Shown here piece by piece: positions 26,501 through 38,700 of a stretch of 64,000 bases of DNA. Numbering within the stretch: the first letter of the stretch is position 1; every line of letters starts with the position of its first letter. The notes beneath the pieces were generated by a model. The model worked only from the letters and a program-made list of their open reading frames with translations. It ran no database searches and was not told where the DNA came from. Source of the DNA: Eledone cirrhosa (lineage: Eukaryota); NCBI GenBank assembly GCA_964016885.1, contig OZ024741.1, positions 270,134,001 through 270,198,000 of the forward strand, given 5' to 3'. The position numbers were made by a program, and so were the translations under genes.

Positions 26501-28000
26501 GTAGTTACTGTGAATGTGGCTGTCAGTATGTACGTGTCTACTATAGGTAGTTAGTGTGAATGTGGCTGTCAGTATGTATGTGTCTGTCTATAGATAGTTA
26601 GTGTGAATGTGGCTGTCAGTATGTATGTGTCTGTCTATAGGTAGTTAGTGTGAATGTGGCTGTCAGTATGTATGTGTCTGTCTATAGGTAGTTAGTGTGA
26701 ATGTGGCTGTCAGTATGTATGTGTCTGTCTAGAGGTAGTTAGTGTGAATGTGGCTGTCAGTATTATGTGTCTGTCTATAGGTACTTAGTGTGAATGTGGC
26801 TGTCAGTATGTATGTGTCTGTCTATAGGTAGTTAGTGTGGATGTGGCTGTCAGTATGTATGTGTCTGTCTATAGGTAGTTAGTGTGAATGTGGCTGTTAG
26901 TATGTATGTGTCTGTCTATAGGTAGTTAGTGTGAATGTGGCTGTCAGTAAGTATGTGTCTGTCTATAGGTAGTTAGTGTGAATGTGGCTGTCAATATGTA
27001 TGTGTCTGTCTATAGGTAGTTACTGTGAATGTGGCTGTCAGTATGTATGTGTCTGTCTATAGGTAGTTAGTGTGAATGTGGCTGTCAGTATGTATGTGTC
27101 TGTCTATAGGTAGTTAGTGAGAATGTGGCTGTCAGTATGTATGTGTCTGTCTATAGGTAGTTAGTGTGAATGCGGCTGTCTGTATGTATGTGTCTGTCTA
27201 TAGGTAGTTAGTGTGAATGTGGCTGTCAGTATGTATGTGTCTGTCTATAGGTAGTTAGTGTGAATGTGGCTGTCAGTATGTATGTGTCTGTCTATAGGTA
27301 GTTAGTGTGAATGTGTCTGTCAGTATGTATGTTTCTGTCTATAGGTAGTTACTGTGAATGTGGCTGTCAGTATGTATGTGTCTGTCTATAGGTAGTTAGT
27401 GAGAATGTGGCTGTCAGTATGTATGTGTCTGTCTATAGGTAGTTAGTGTGAATTTGGCTGTCAGTATGTATGTGTCTGTCTATGGGTAGTTAGTGTGAAT
27501 GTGGCTGTCAGTATGTATGTGTCTGTCTATAGATAGTTAGTGTGAATGTGGCTGTCAGTATGTATCTGTCTGTCTATAGGTAGTTAGTGTGAATGTGGCT
27601 GTCAGTATGTATGTGTCTGACTATAGGTAGTTAGTGTGAATGTGGCTGTCAGTATATATGTGTCTATCTATAGGTAGTTAGTGTGAATGTGGCTGTCAGT
27701 ATGTATGTGTCTGTCTATAGGTAGTTAGTGTGAATGTGGCTGTCAGTATGTATGTGTCTGTCTATAGGTAGTTAGTGTGAATGTGGCTGTCAGTATGTAT
27801 GTGTCTGTCTATAGGTAGTTAGTGTGAATGTGGCTGTCAGTATGTATGTGTCTGTCTATAGGTAGTTAGTGTGAATGTGTCTGTCAGTATGTATGTTTCT
27901 GTCTATAGGTAGTTAGTGTGAATGTGGCTGTCAGTATCTATGTGTCTGTCTAGAGGTAGTTAGTGTGAATGTGGCTGTCAGTATGTATGTGTCTGTCTAT
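8300..28000. repeat. Older, more diverged duplication: ~8.3-16 kb recurs at ~20.55-28 kb (offset 12,253 then 12,160 bp), enclosing the 4,556-bp duplication
   Basis: TACTATG 8623/20876 and GGCTTTCAG 9386/21639 (offset 12,253). GTCGCT 11445/23605 and ATGCAT 12771/24931 (offset 12,160). The copies differ by several substitutions and whole-monomer gains/losses. Confidence 0.85.
11682..20860. repeat. Tandem duplication, period 4,556 bp (97 monomers minus 3 deleted bases), 2 copies
   Basis: Paired rare variants: GTCTTTCT 11749/16305, ATGCAT 12771/17327, GTAAG 16148/20704, plus three shared 1-bp deletions. One mismatch noticed (15158 C vs 19714 T). Confidence 0.93.
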
Positions 28001-29349
28001 AGGTAGTTAGTGTGAATGTGGCTGTCAATATGTATGTGTCTGTCTATAGGTAGTTAGTGTGAATGTGGCTGTCAGTATGTATGTGTCTGTCTATGGGTAG
28101 TTAGTGTAAATGTGGCTGTCAGTATGTATGTGTCTGTCTATAGATAGTTAGTGTGAATGTGGCTGTCAGTATGTATGTGTCTGTCTATAGGTAGTTAGTG
28201 TGAATGTGGCTGTCAGTATGTATGTGTCTGTCTATAGGTAGTTAGTGTGAATGTGGCTGTCAGTATGTATGTGTCTGTCTATAGGTAGTTAGTGTGAATG
28301 TGGCTGTCAGTATGTATGTGTCTGTCTAGAGGTAGTTAGTGTGAATGTGGCTGTCAGTATGTATGTGTCTGTCTATAGGTAGTTAGTGTGAATGTGGCTG
28401 TTAGTATGTATGTGTCTGTCTATAGGTAGTTAGTGTGAATGTCGCTGTCAGTATGTATGTGTCTGTCTATAGGTAGTTAGTGTGAATGTGGCTGTTAGTA
28501 TGTATGTGTCTGTCTATAGGTAGTTAGTGTGAATGTGGCTGTCAGTAAGTATGTGTCTGTCTATAGGTAGTTAGTGTTAATGTGGCTGTTAGTATGTATG
28601 TGTCTGTCTATAGGTAGTTAGTGTGAATGTGGCTGTCAGTATGTATGTGTCTGTCTATAGGTAGTTAGTGTGAATGTGTCTGTCAGTATGTATGTGTCTG
28701 TCTATAGGTAGTTAGTGTGAATGTGGCTGTCAGTATCTATGTGTCTGTCTATAGGTAGTTAGTGTGATTGTGGCTGTCAGTATGTATGTGTCTGTCTATA
28801 GGTAGTTAGTGTGAATGTGGCTGTCAGTATGTATGTGTCTGTCTATAGGTAGTTAGTGTGAATGTGGCTGTCAGTATGTTTGTGTCTGTCTATAGGTAGT
28901 TAGTGTGAATGTGGCTGTCAGTATGTATGTGTCTGTCTATAGGTAGTTACTGTGAATGTGGCCGTCAGTATGTATGTGTCTATCTATAGGTAGTTAGTAT
29001 GAATGTGGCTGTCAGTATGTATGTGTCTGTCTATAGGTAGTTAGTGTGAATGTGGCTGTCAGTATGTATGTATCTGTCTATAGGTAGTTAGTGTGAATGT
29101 GGCTGTCAGTATGTATGTGTCTGTCTATAGGTAGTTAGTGTGAATGTGGCTGTCAGTATATATGTGTCTATCTATAGGTAGTTAGTGTGAATGTGGCTGT
29201 CAGTATGTATGTGTCTGTCTATAGGTAGTTAGTGTGAATGTGGCTGTCAGTATGTATGTGTCTGTCTATAGGTAGTTAGTGTGAATGTGGCTGTCAATAT
29301 GTATGTGTCTGTCTATAGGTAGTTAGTGTAAATGTGGCTGTCAGTATGT

Positions 29350-32300
29350 ATGTGTCTGTCTAGAGGTAGTTAGTGTGAATGTGGCTGTCAGTATGTATGT
29401 GTCTGTCTATAGGTAGTTAGTGTGAATGTGGCTGTCAGTATGTATGTGTCTGTCTATAGGTACTTAGTGTGAATGTGGCTGTCAGTATGTATGTGTCTGT
29501 CTATAGGTAGTTAGTGTGGATGTGGCTGTCAGTATGTATGTGTCTGTCTATAGGTAGTTAGTGTGAATGTGGCTGTTAGTATGTATGTGTCTGTCTATAG
29601 GTAGTTAGTGTGAATGTGGCTGTCAGTAAGTATGTGTCTGTCTATAGGTAGTTAGTGTGAATGTGGCTGTCAATATGTATGTGTCTGTCTATAGGTAGTT
29701 ACTGTGAATGTGGCTGTCAGTATGTATGTGTCTGTCTATAGGTAGTTAGTGTGAATGTGGCTGTCAGTATGTATGTGTCTGTCTATAGGTAGTTAGTGTG
29801 AATGTGGCTGTCAGTATGTATGTGTCTGTCTATAGGTAGTTAGTGTGAATGCGGCTGTCTGTATGTATGTGTCTGTCTATAGGTAGTTAGTGTGAATGTG
29901 GCTCTCAGTATGTATGTGTCTGTCTATAGGTAGTTAGTGTGAATGTGGCTGTCAGTATGTTTGTGTCTGTCTATAGGTAGTTGGTGTGAATGTGGCTGTC
30001 AGTATGTATGTGTCTGTCTATAGGTAGTTAGTGTGAATGTGGCTGTCAGTATGTATGTGTCTGTCTATAGGTAGTTAGTGTGAATGTGGCTGTCAGTATG
30101 TATGTGTCTGTCTATAGGTAGTTAGTGTGAATGTGGCTGTCAGTATCTATGTGTCTGTCTATAGGTAGTTAGTGTGAATGTGGCTGTCAGTATGTATGTG
30201 TCTGTCTATAGGTAGTTAGTGTGAATGTGGCTGTCAGTATGTATGTGTCTGTCTATTTGTAGTTAGTGTGAATATGGCTGTCAGTATGTATGTGTCTGTC
30301 TATAGGTAGTTAGTGTGAATGTGGCTGTTAGTATGTATGTGTCTGTCTATAGGTAGTTAGTGTGAATGTGGCTGTCAGTATGTATGTGTCTGTCTATAGG
30401 TAGTTAGTGTGAATGTGGCTGTCAGTATCTATGTGTCTGCCTATAGGTAGTTAGTGTGAATGTGGCTGTTAGTATGTATGTGTCTGTCTGCAGGTAGTTA
30501 GTGTGAATGTGGCTGTCAGTATGTTTGTGTCTGTCTATAGGTAGTTAGTGTGAATGTGGCTGTCAGTATGTTTGTGTCTGTCTATAGGTAGTTAGTGTGA
30601 ATGTGGCTGTCAGTATGTATGTGTCTGTCTATAGGTAGTTAGTGTGAATGTGGCTGTCAGTATGTATGTATCTGTCTATAGGTAGTTAGTGTGAATGTGG
30701 CTGTTAGTATGTATGTGTCTGTCTATAGGTAGTTAGTGTGAATGTGGCTGTTAGTATGTATGTGTCTGTCTATAGGTAGTTAGTGTGAATGTGGCTGTCA
30801 GTATGTATGTGTCTGTCTATAGGTAGTTAGTGTGAATGTGGCTGTCAGTATGTATGTGTCTGTCTATAGGTAGTTAGTGTGAATGTGGCTGTCAGTATCT
30901 ATGTGTCTGTCTATAGGTAGTTAGTGTGAATGTGGCTGTCAGTATGTATGTGTCTGTCTATAGGTAGTTAGTGTGAATGTGGCTGTCAGTATGTATGTGT
31001 CTGTCTATAGGTAGTTAGTGTGAATGTGGCTGTCAGTATGTATGTGTCTGTCTAGAGGTAGTTAGTGTGAATGTGGCTGTCAGTATGTATGTGTCTGTCT
31101 ATAGGTAGTTAGTGTGAATGTGGCTGTCAGTATGTATGTGTCTGTCTATAGGTACTTAGTGTGAATGTGGCTGTCAGTATGTATGTGTCTGTCTATAGGT
31201 AGTTAGTGTGGATGTGGCTGTCAGTATGTATGTGTCTGTCTATAGGTAGTTAGTGTGAATGTGGCTGTTAGTATGTATGTGTCTGTCTATAGGTAGTTAG
31301 TGTGAATGTGGCTGTCAGTAAGTATGTGTCTGTCTATAGGTAGTTAGTGTGAATGTGGCTGTCAATATGTATGTGTCTGTCTATAGGTAGTTACTGTGAA
31401 TGTGGCTGTCAGTATGTATGTGTCTGTCTATAGGTAGTTAGTGTGAATGTGGCTGTCAGTATGTATGTGTCTGTCTATAGGTAGTTAGTGTGAATGTGGC
31501 TGTCAGTATGTATGTGTCTGTCTATAGGTAGTTAGTGTGAATGCGGCTGTCTGTATGTATGTGTCTGTCTATAGGTAGTTAGTGTGAATGTGGCTGTCAG
31601 TATGTATGTGTCTGTCTATAGGTAGTTAGTGTGAATGTGGCTGTCAGTATGTTTGTGTCTGTCTATAGGTAGTTGGTGTGAATGTGGCTGTCAGTATGTA
31701 TGTGTCTGTCTATAGGTAGTTAGTGTGAATGTGGCTGTCAGTATGTATGTGTCTGTCTATAGGTAGTTAGTGTGAATGTGGCTGTCAGTATGTATGTGTC
31801 TGTCTATAGGTAGTTAGTGTGAATGTGGCTGTCAGTATCTATGTGTCTGTCTATAGGTAGTTAGTGTGAATGTGGCTGTCAGTATGTATGTGTCTGTCTA
31901 TAGGTAGTTAGTGTGAATGTGGCTGTCAGTATGTATGTGTCTGTCTATTTGTAGTTAGTGTGAATATGGCTGTCAGTATGTATGTGTCTGTCTATAGGTA
32001 GTTAGTGTGAATGTGGCTGTTAGTATGTATGTGTCTGTCTATAGGTAGTTAGTGTGAATGTGGCTGTCAGTATGTATGTGTCTGTCTATAGGTAGTTAGT
32101 GTGAATGTGGCTGTCAGTATCTATGTGTCTGCCTATAGGTAGTTAGTGTGAATGTGGCTGTTAGTATGTATGTGTCTGTCTACAGGTAGTTAGTGTGAAT
32201 GTGGCTGTCAGTATGTATGTGTCTGTCTATAGGTAGTTATTGTGAATGTGGCTGTCAGTATGTTTGTGTCTGTCTATAGGTAGTTAGTGTGAATGTGGCT

Positions 32301-32730
32301 GTCAGTATGTATGTGTCTGTCTATAGGTAGTTAGTGTGAATGTGGCTGTCAGTATGTATGTATCTGTCTATAGGTAGTTAGTGTGAATGTGGCTGTTAGT
32401 ATGTATGTGTCTGTCTATAGGTAGTTAGTGTGAATGTGGCTGTTAGTATGTATGTGTCTGTCTATAGGTAGTTAGTGTGAATGTGGCTGTCAGTATGTAT
32501 GTGTCTGTCTATAGGTAGTTAGTGTGAATGTGGCTGTCAGTATGTATGTGTCTGTCTATAGGTAGTTAGTGTGAATGTGGCTGTCAGTATCTATGTGTCT
32601 GTCTATAGGTAGTTAGTGTGAATGTGGCTGTCAGTATGTATGTGTCTGTCTATAGGTAGTTAGTGTGAATGTGGCTGTCAGTATGTATGTGTCTGTCTAT
32701 AGGTAGTTAGTGTGAATGTGGCTGTCAGTA
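29350..32730. repeat. Nested higher-order repeat, 36 monomers (1,692 bp), 2 copies (repeated again inside the 6,862-bp duplicate)
   Basis: TATTTGTAG variant at 30257 and 31949, with the same order of flanking variants (TAGAGG, GTACTT, GTGGAT, GTTAG, GTAAGT, GTCAAT, TGCGGCTGTCTG, TTGGTG). Confidence 0.87.
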
Positions 32731-35700
32731 TCTATGTGTCTGCTTATAGGTAGTTAGTGTGAATGTGGCTGTTAGTATGTATGTGTCTGTCTATAGGTAG
32801 TTAGTGTGAATGTGGCTGTCAGTATGTATGTGTCTGTCTATAGGTAGTTAGTGTGAATGTGGCTGTCAGTATGTTTGTGTCTGTCTATAGGTAGTTAGTG
32901 TGAATGTGGCTGTCAGTATGTATGTGTCTATCTATAGGTAGTTAGTATGAATGTGGCTGTCAGTATGTATGTGTCTGTCTATAGGTAGTTAGTGTGAATG
33001 TGGCTGTCAGTATGTATGTATCTGTCTATAGGTAGTTAGTGTGAATGTGACTGTCAGTATGTATGTGTCTGTCTATAGGTAGTTAGTGTGAATATGGCTG
33101 TCAGTATGTATGTGTCTGTCTATAGGTACTTAGTGTGAATGTGGCTGTCAGTATGTATGTGTCTGCCTATAGGTAGTTAGTGTGAATGTGGCTGTCAGTA
33201 TGTATGTGTCTGACTATAGGTAGTTAGTGTGAATGTGGCTGTCAGTATATATGTGTCTATCTATAGGTAGTTAGTGTGAATGTGGCTGTCAGTATGTATG
33301 TGTCTGTCTATAGGTAGTTAGTGTGAATGTGGCTGTCAGTATGTATGTGTCTGTCTATAGGTAGTTAGTGTGAATGTGGCTGTCAGTATGTATGTGTCTG
33401 TCTATAGGTAGTTAGTGTGAATGTGTCTGTCAGTATGTATGTTTCTGTCTTTAGGTAGTTAGTGTGAATGTGGCTGTCAGTATCTATGTGTCTGTCTAGA
33501 GGTAGTTAGTGTGAATGTGGCTGTCAGTATGTATGTGTCTGTCTATAGGTAGTTAGTGTGAATGTGGCTGTCAATATGTATGTGTCTGTCTATAGGTAGT
33601 TAGTGTGAATGTGGCTGTCAGTATGTATGTGTCTGTCTATGGGTAGTTAGTGTGAATGTGGCTGTCAGTATGTATGTGTCTGTCTATAGATAGTTAGTGT
33701 GAATGTGGCTGTCAGTATGTATGTGTCTGTCTATAGGTAGTTAGTGTGAATGTGGCTGTCAGTATGTATGTGTCTGTCTATAGGTAGTTAGTGTGAATGT
33801 GGCTGTCAGTATGTATGTGTCTGTCTATAGGTAGTTAGTGTGAATGTGGCTGTCAGTATGTATGTGTCTGTCTAGAGGTAGTTAGTGTGAATGTGGCTGT
33901 CAGTATGTATGTGTCTGTCTATAGGTAGTTAGTGTGAATGTGGCTGTTAGTATGTATGTGTCTGTCTATAGGTAGTTAGTGTGAATGTGGCTGTCAGTAA
34001 GTATGTGTCTGTCTATAGGTAGTTAGTGTTAATGTGGCTGTTAGTATGTATGTGTCTGTCTATAGGTAGTTAGTGTGAATGTGGCTGTCAGTATGTATGT
34101 GTCTGTCTATAGGTAGTTAGTGCGAATGTGTCTGTCAGTATGTATGTGTATGTCTATAGGTAGTTAGTGTGAATGTGGCTGTCAGTATCTATGTGTCTGT
34201 CTATAGGTAGTTAGTGTCATTGTGGCTGTCAGTATGTATGTGTCTGTCTATAGGTAGTTAGTGTGAATGTGGCTGTCAGTATGTATGTGTCTGTCTATAG
34301 GTAGTTAGTGTGAATGTGGCTGTCAGTATGTATGTGTCTGTCTATAGGTAGTTAGTGTGAATGTGGCTGTCAGTATGTATGTATCTGTCTATAGGTAGTT
34401 AGTGTGAATGTGGCTGTTAGTATGTATGTGTCTGTCTATAGGTAGTTAGTGTGAATATGGCTGTCAGTATGTATGTGTCTGTCTATAGGTACTTAGTGTG
34501 AATGTGGCTGTCAGTATGTATGTGTCTGCCTATAGGTAGTTAGTGTGAATGTGGCTGTCAGTATGTATGTGTCTGACTATAGGTAGTTAGTGTGAATGTG
34601 GCTGTCAGTATATATGTGTCTATCTATAGGTAGTTAGTGTGAATGTGGCTGTCAGTATGTATGTGTCTGTCTATAGGTAGTTAGTGTGAATGTGGCTGTC
34701 AGTATGTATGTGTCTGTCTATAGGTAGTTAGTGTGAATGTGGCTGTCAGTATGTATGTGTCTGTCTATAGGTAGTTAGTGTGAATGTGTCTGTCAGTATG
34801 TATGTTTCTGTCTTTAGGTAGTTAGTGTGAATGTGGCTGTCAGTATCTATGTGTCTGTCTAGAGGTAGTTAGTGTGAATGTGGCTGTCAGTATGTATGTG
34901 TCTGTCTATAGGTAGTTAGTGTGAATGTGGCTGTCAATATGTATGTGTCTGTCTATAGGTAGTTAGTGTGAATGTGGCTGTCAGTATGTATGTGTCTGTC
35001 TATGGGTAGTTAGTGTGAATGTGGCTGTCAGTATGTATGTGTCTGTCTATAGATAGTTAGTGTGAATGTGGCTGTCAGTATGTATGTGTCTGTCTATAGG
35101 TAGTTAGTGTGAATGTGGCTGTCAGTATGTATGTGTCTGTCTATAGGTAGTTAGTGTGAATGTGGCTGTCAGTATGTATGTGTCTGTCTATAGGTAGTTA
35201 GTGTGAATGTGGCTGTCAGTATGTATGTGTCTGTCTAGAGGTAGTTAGTGTGAATGTGGCTGTCAGTATGTATGTGTCTGTCTATAGGTAGTTAGTGTGA
35301 ATGTGGCTGTTAGTATGTATGTGTCTGTCTATAGGTAGTTAGTGTGAATGTGGCTGTCAGTAAGTATGTGTCTGTCTATAGGTAGTTAGTGTTAATGTGG
35401 CTGTTAGTATGTATGTGTCTGTCTATAGGTAGTTAGTGTGAATGTGGCTGTCAGTATGTATGTGTCTGTCTATAGGTAGTTAGTGCGAATGTGTCTGTCA
35501 GTATGTATGTGTATGTCTATAGGTAGTTAGTGTGAATGTGGCTGTCAGTATCTATGTGTCTGTCTATAGGTAGTTAGTGTGATTGTGGCTGTCAGTATGT
35601 ATGTGTCTGTCTATAGGTAGTTAGTGTGAATGTGGCTGTCAGTATGTATGTGTCTGTCTATAGGTAGTTAGTGTGAATGTGGCTGTCAGTATGTATGTGT

Positions 35701-38700
35701 CTGTCTATAGGTAGTTAGTGTGAATGTGGCTGTCAGTATGTATGTATCTGTCTATAGGTAGTTAGTGTGAATGTGGCTGTTAGTATGTATGTGTCTGTCT
35801 ATAGGTAGTTAGTGTGAATGTGGCTGTTAGTATGTATGTGTCTGTCTATAGGTAGTTAGTGTGAATGTGGCTGTCAGTATGTATGTGTCTGTCTATAGGT
35901 AGTTAGTGTGAATGTGGCTGTCAGTATGTATGTGTCTGTCTATAGGTAGTTAGTGTGAATGTGGCTGTCAGTATCTATGTGTCTGTCTATAGGTAGTTAG
36001 TGTGAATTTGGCTGTCAGTATGTATGTGTCTGTCTATAGGTAGTTAGTGTGAATGTGGCTGTCAGTATGTATGTGTCTGTCTATAGGTAGTTAGTGTGAA
36101 TGTGGCTGTCAGTATGTATGTGTCTGTCTAGAGGTAGTTAGTGTGAATGTGGCTGTCAGTATGTATGTGTCTGTCTATAGGTAGTTAGTGTGAATGTGGC
36201 TGTCAGTATGTATGTGTCTGTCTATAGGTACTTAGTGTGAATGTGGCTGTCAGTATGTATGTGTCTGTCTATAGGTAGTTAGTGTGGATGTGGCTGTCAG
36301 TATGTATGTGTCTGTCTATAGGTAGTTAGTGTGAATGTGGCTGTTAGTATGTATGTGTCTGTCTATAGGTAGTTAGTGTGAATGTGGCTGTTAGTATGTA
36401 TGTGTCTGTCTATAGGTAGTTAGTGTGAATGTGGCTGTTAGTATGTATGTGTCTGTCTATAGGTAGTTAGTGTGAATGTGGCTGTCAGTAAGTATGTGTC
36501 TGTCTATAGGTAGTTAGTGTGAATGTGGCTGTCAATATGTATGTGTCTGTCTATAGGTAGTTACTGTGAATGTGGCTGTCAGTATGTATGTGTCTGTCTA
36601 TAGGTAGTTAGTGTGAATGTGGCTGTCAGTATGTATGTGTCTGTCTATAGGTAGTTAGTGTGAATGTGGCTGTCAGTATGTATGTGTCTGTCTATAGGTA
36701 GTTAGTGTGAATGCGGCTGTCTGTATGTATGTGTCTGTCTATAGGTAGTTAGTGTGAATGTGGCTCTCAGTATGTATGTGTCTGTCTATAGGTAGTTAGT
36801 GTGAATGTGGCTGTCAGTATGTTTGTGTCTGTCTATAGGTAGTTGGTGTGAATGTGGCTGTCAGTATGTATGTGTCTGTCTATAGGTAGTTAGTGTGAAT
36901 GTGGCTGTCAGTATGTATGTGTCTGTCTATAGGTAGTTAGTGTGAATGTGGCTGTCAGTATGTATGTGTCTGTCTATAGGTAGTTAGTGTGAATGTGGCT
37001 GTCAGTATCTATGTGTCTGTCTATAGGTAGTTAGTGTGAATGTGGCTGTCAGTATGTATGTGTCTGTCTATAGGTAGTTAGTGTGAATGTGGCTGTCAGT
37101 ATGTATGTGTCTGTCTATTTGTAGTTAGTGTGAATATGGCTGTCAGTATGTATGTGTCTGTCTATAGGTAGTTAGTGTGAATGTGGCTGTTAGTATGTAT
37201 GTGTCTGTCTATAGGTAGTTAGTGTGAATGTGGCTGTCAGTATGTATGTGTCTGTCTATAGGTAGTTAGTGTGAATGTGGCTGTCAGTATCTATGTGTCT
37301 GCCTATAGGTAGTTAGTGTGAATGTGGCTGTTAGTATGTATGTGTCTGTCTGCAGGTAGTTAGTGTGAATGTGGCTGTCAGTATGTTTGTGTCTGTCTAT
37401 AGGTAGTTAGTGTGAATGTGGCTGTCAGTATGTTTGTGTCTGTCTATAGGTAGTTAGTGTGAATGTGGCTGTCAGTATGTATGTGTCTGTCTATAGGTAG
37501 TTAGTGTGAATGTGGCTGTCAGTATGTATGTATCTGTCTATAGGTAGTTAGTGTGAATGTGGCTGTTAGTATGTATGTGTCTGTCTATAGGTAGTTAGTG
37601 TGAATGTGGCTGTTAGTATGTATGTGTCTGTCTATAGGTAGTTAGTGTGAATGTGGCTGTCAGTATGTATGTGTCTGTCTATAGGTAGTTAGTGTGAATG
37701 TGGCTGTCAGTATGTATGTGTCTGTCTATAGGTAGTTAGTGTGAATGTGGCTGTCAGTATCTATGTGTCTGTCTATAGGTAGTTAGTGTGAATGTGGCTG
37801 TCAGTATGTATGTGTCTGTCTATAGGTAGTTAGTGTGAATGTGGCTGTCAGTATGTATGTGTCTGTCTATAGGTAGTTAGTGTGAATGTGGCTGTCAGTA
37901 TGTATGTGTCTGTCTAGAGGTAGTTAGTGTGAATGTGGCTGTCAGTATGTATGTGTCTGTCTATAGGTAGTTAGTGTGAATGTGGCTGTCAGTATGTATG
38001 TGTCTGTCTATAGGTACTTAGTGTGAATGTGGCTGTCAGTATGTATGTGTCTGTCTATAGGTAGTTAGTGTGGATGTGGCTGTCAGTATGTATGTGTCTG
38101 TCTATAGGTAGTTAGTGTGAATGTGGCTGTTAGTATGTATGTGTCTGTCTATAGGTAGTTAGTGTGAATGTGGCTGTCAGTAAGTATGTGTCTGTCTATA
38201 GGTAGTTAGTGTGAATGTGGCTGTCAATATGTATGTGTCTGTCTATAGGTAGTTACTGTGAATGTGGCTGTCAGTATGTATGTGTCTGTCTATAGGTAGT
38301 TAGTGTGAATGTGGCTGTCAGTATGTATGTGTCTGTCTATAGGTAGTTAGTGTGAATGTGGCTGTCAGTATGTATGTGTCTGTCTATAGGTAGTTAGTGT
38401 GAATGCGGCTGTCTGTATGTATGTGTCTGTCTATAGGTAGTTAGTGTGAATGTGGCTGTCAGTATGTATGTGTCTGTCTATAGGTAGTTAGTGTGAATGT
38501 GGCTGTCAGTATGTTTGTGTCTGTCTATAGGTAGTTGGTGTGAATGTGGCTGTCAGTATGTATGTGTCTGTCTATAGGTAGTTAGTGTGAATGTGGCTGT
38601 CAGTATGTATGTGTCTGTCTATAGGTAGTTAGTGTGAATGTGGCTGTCAGTATGTATGTGTCTGTCTATAGGTAGTTAGTGTGAATGTGGCTGTCAGTAT

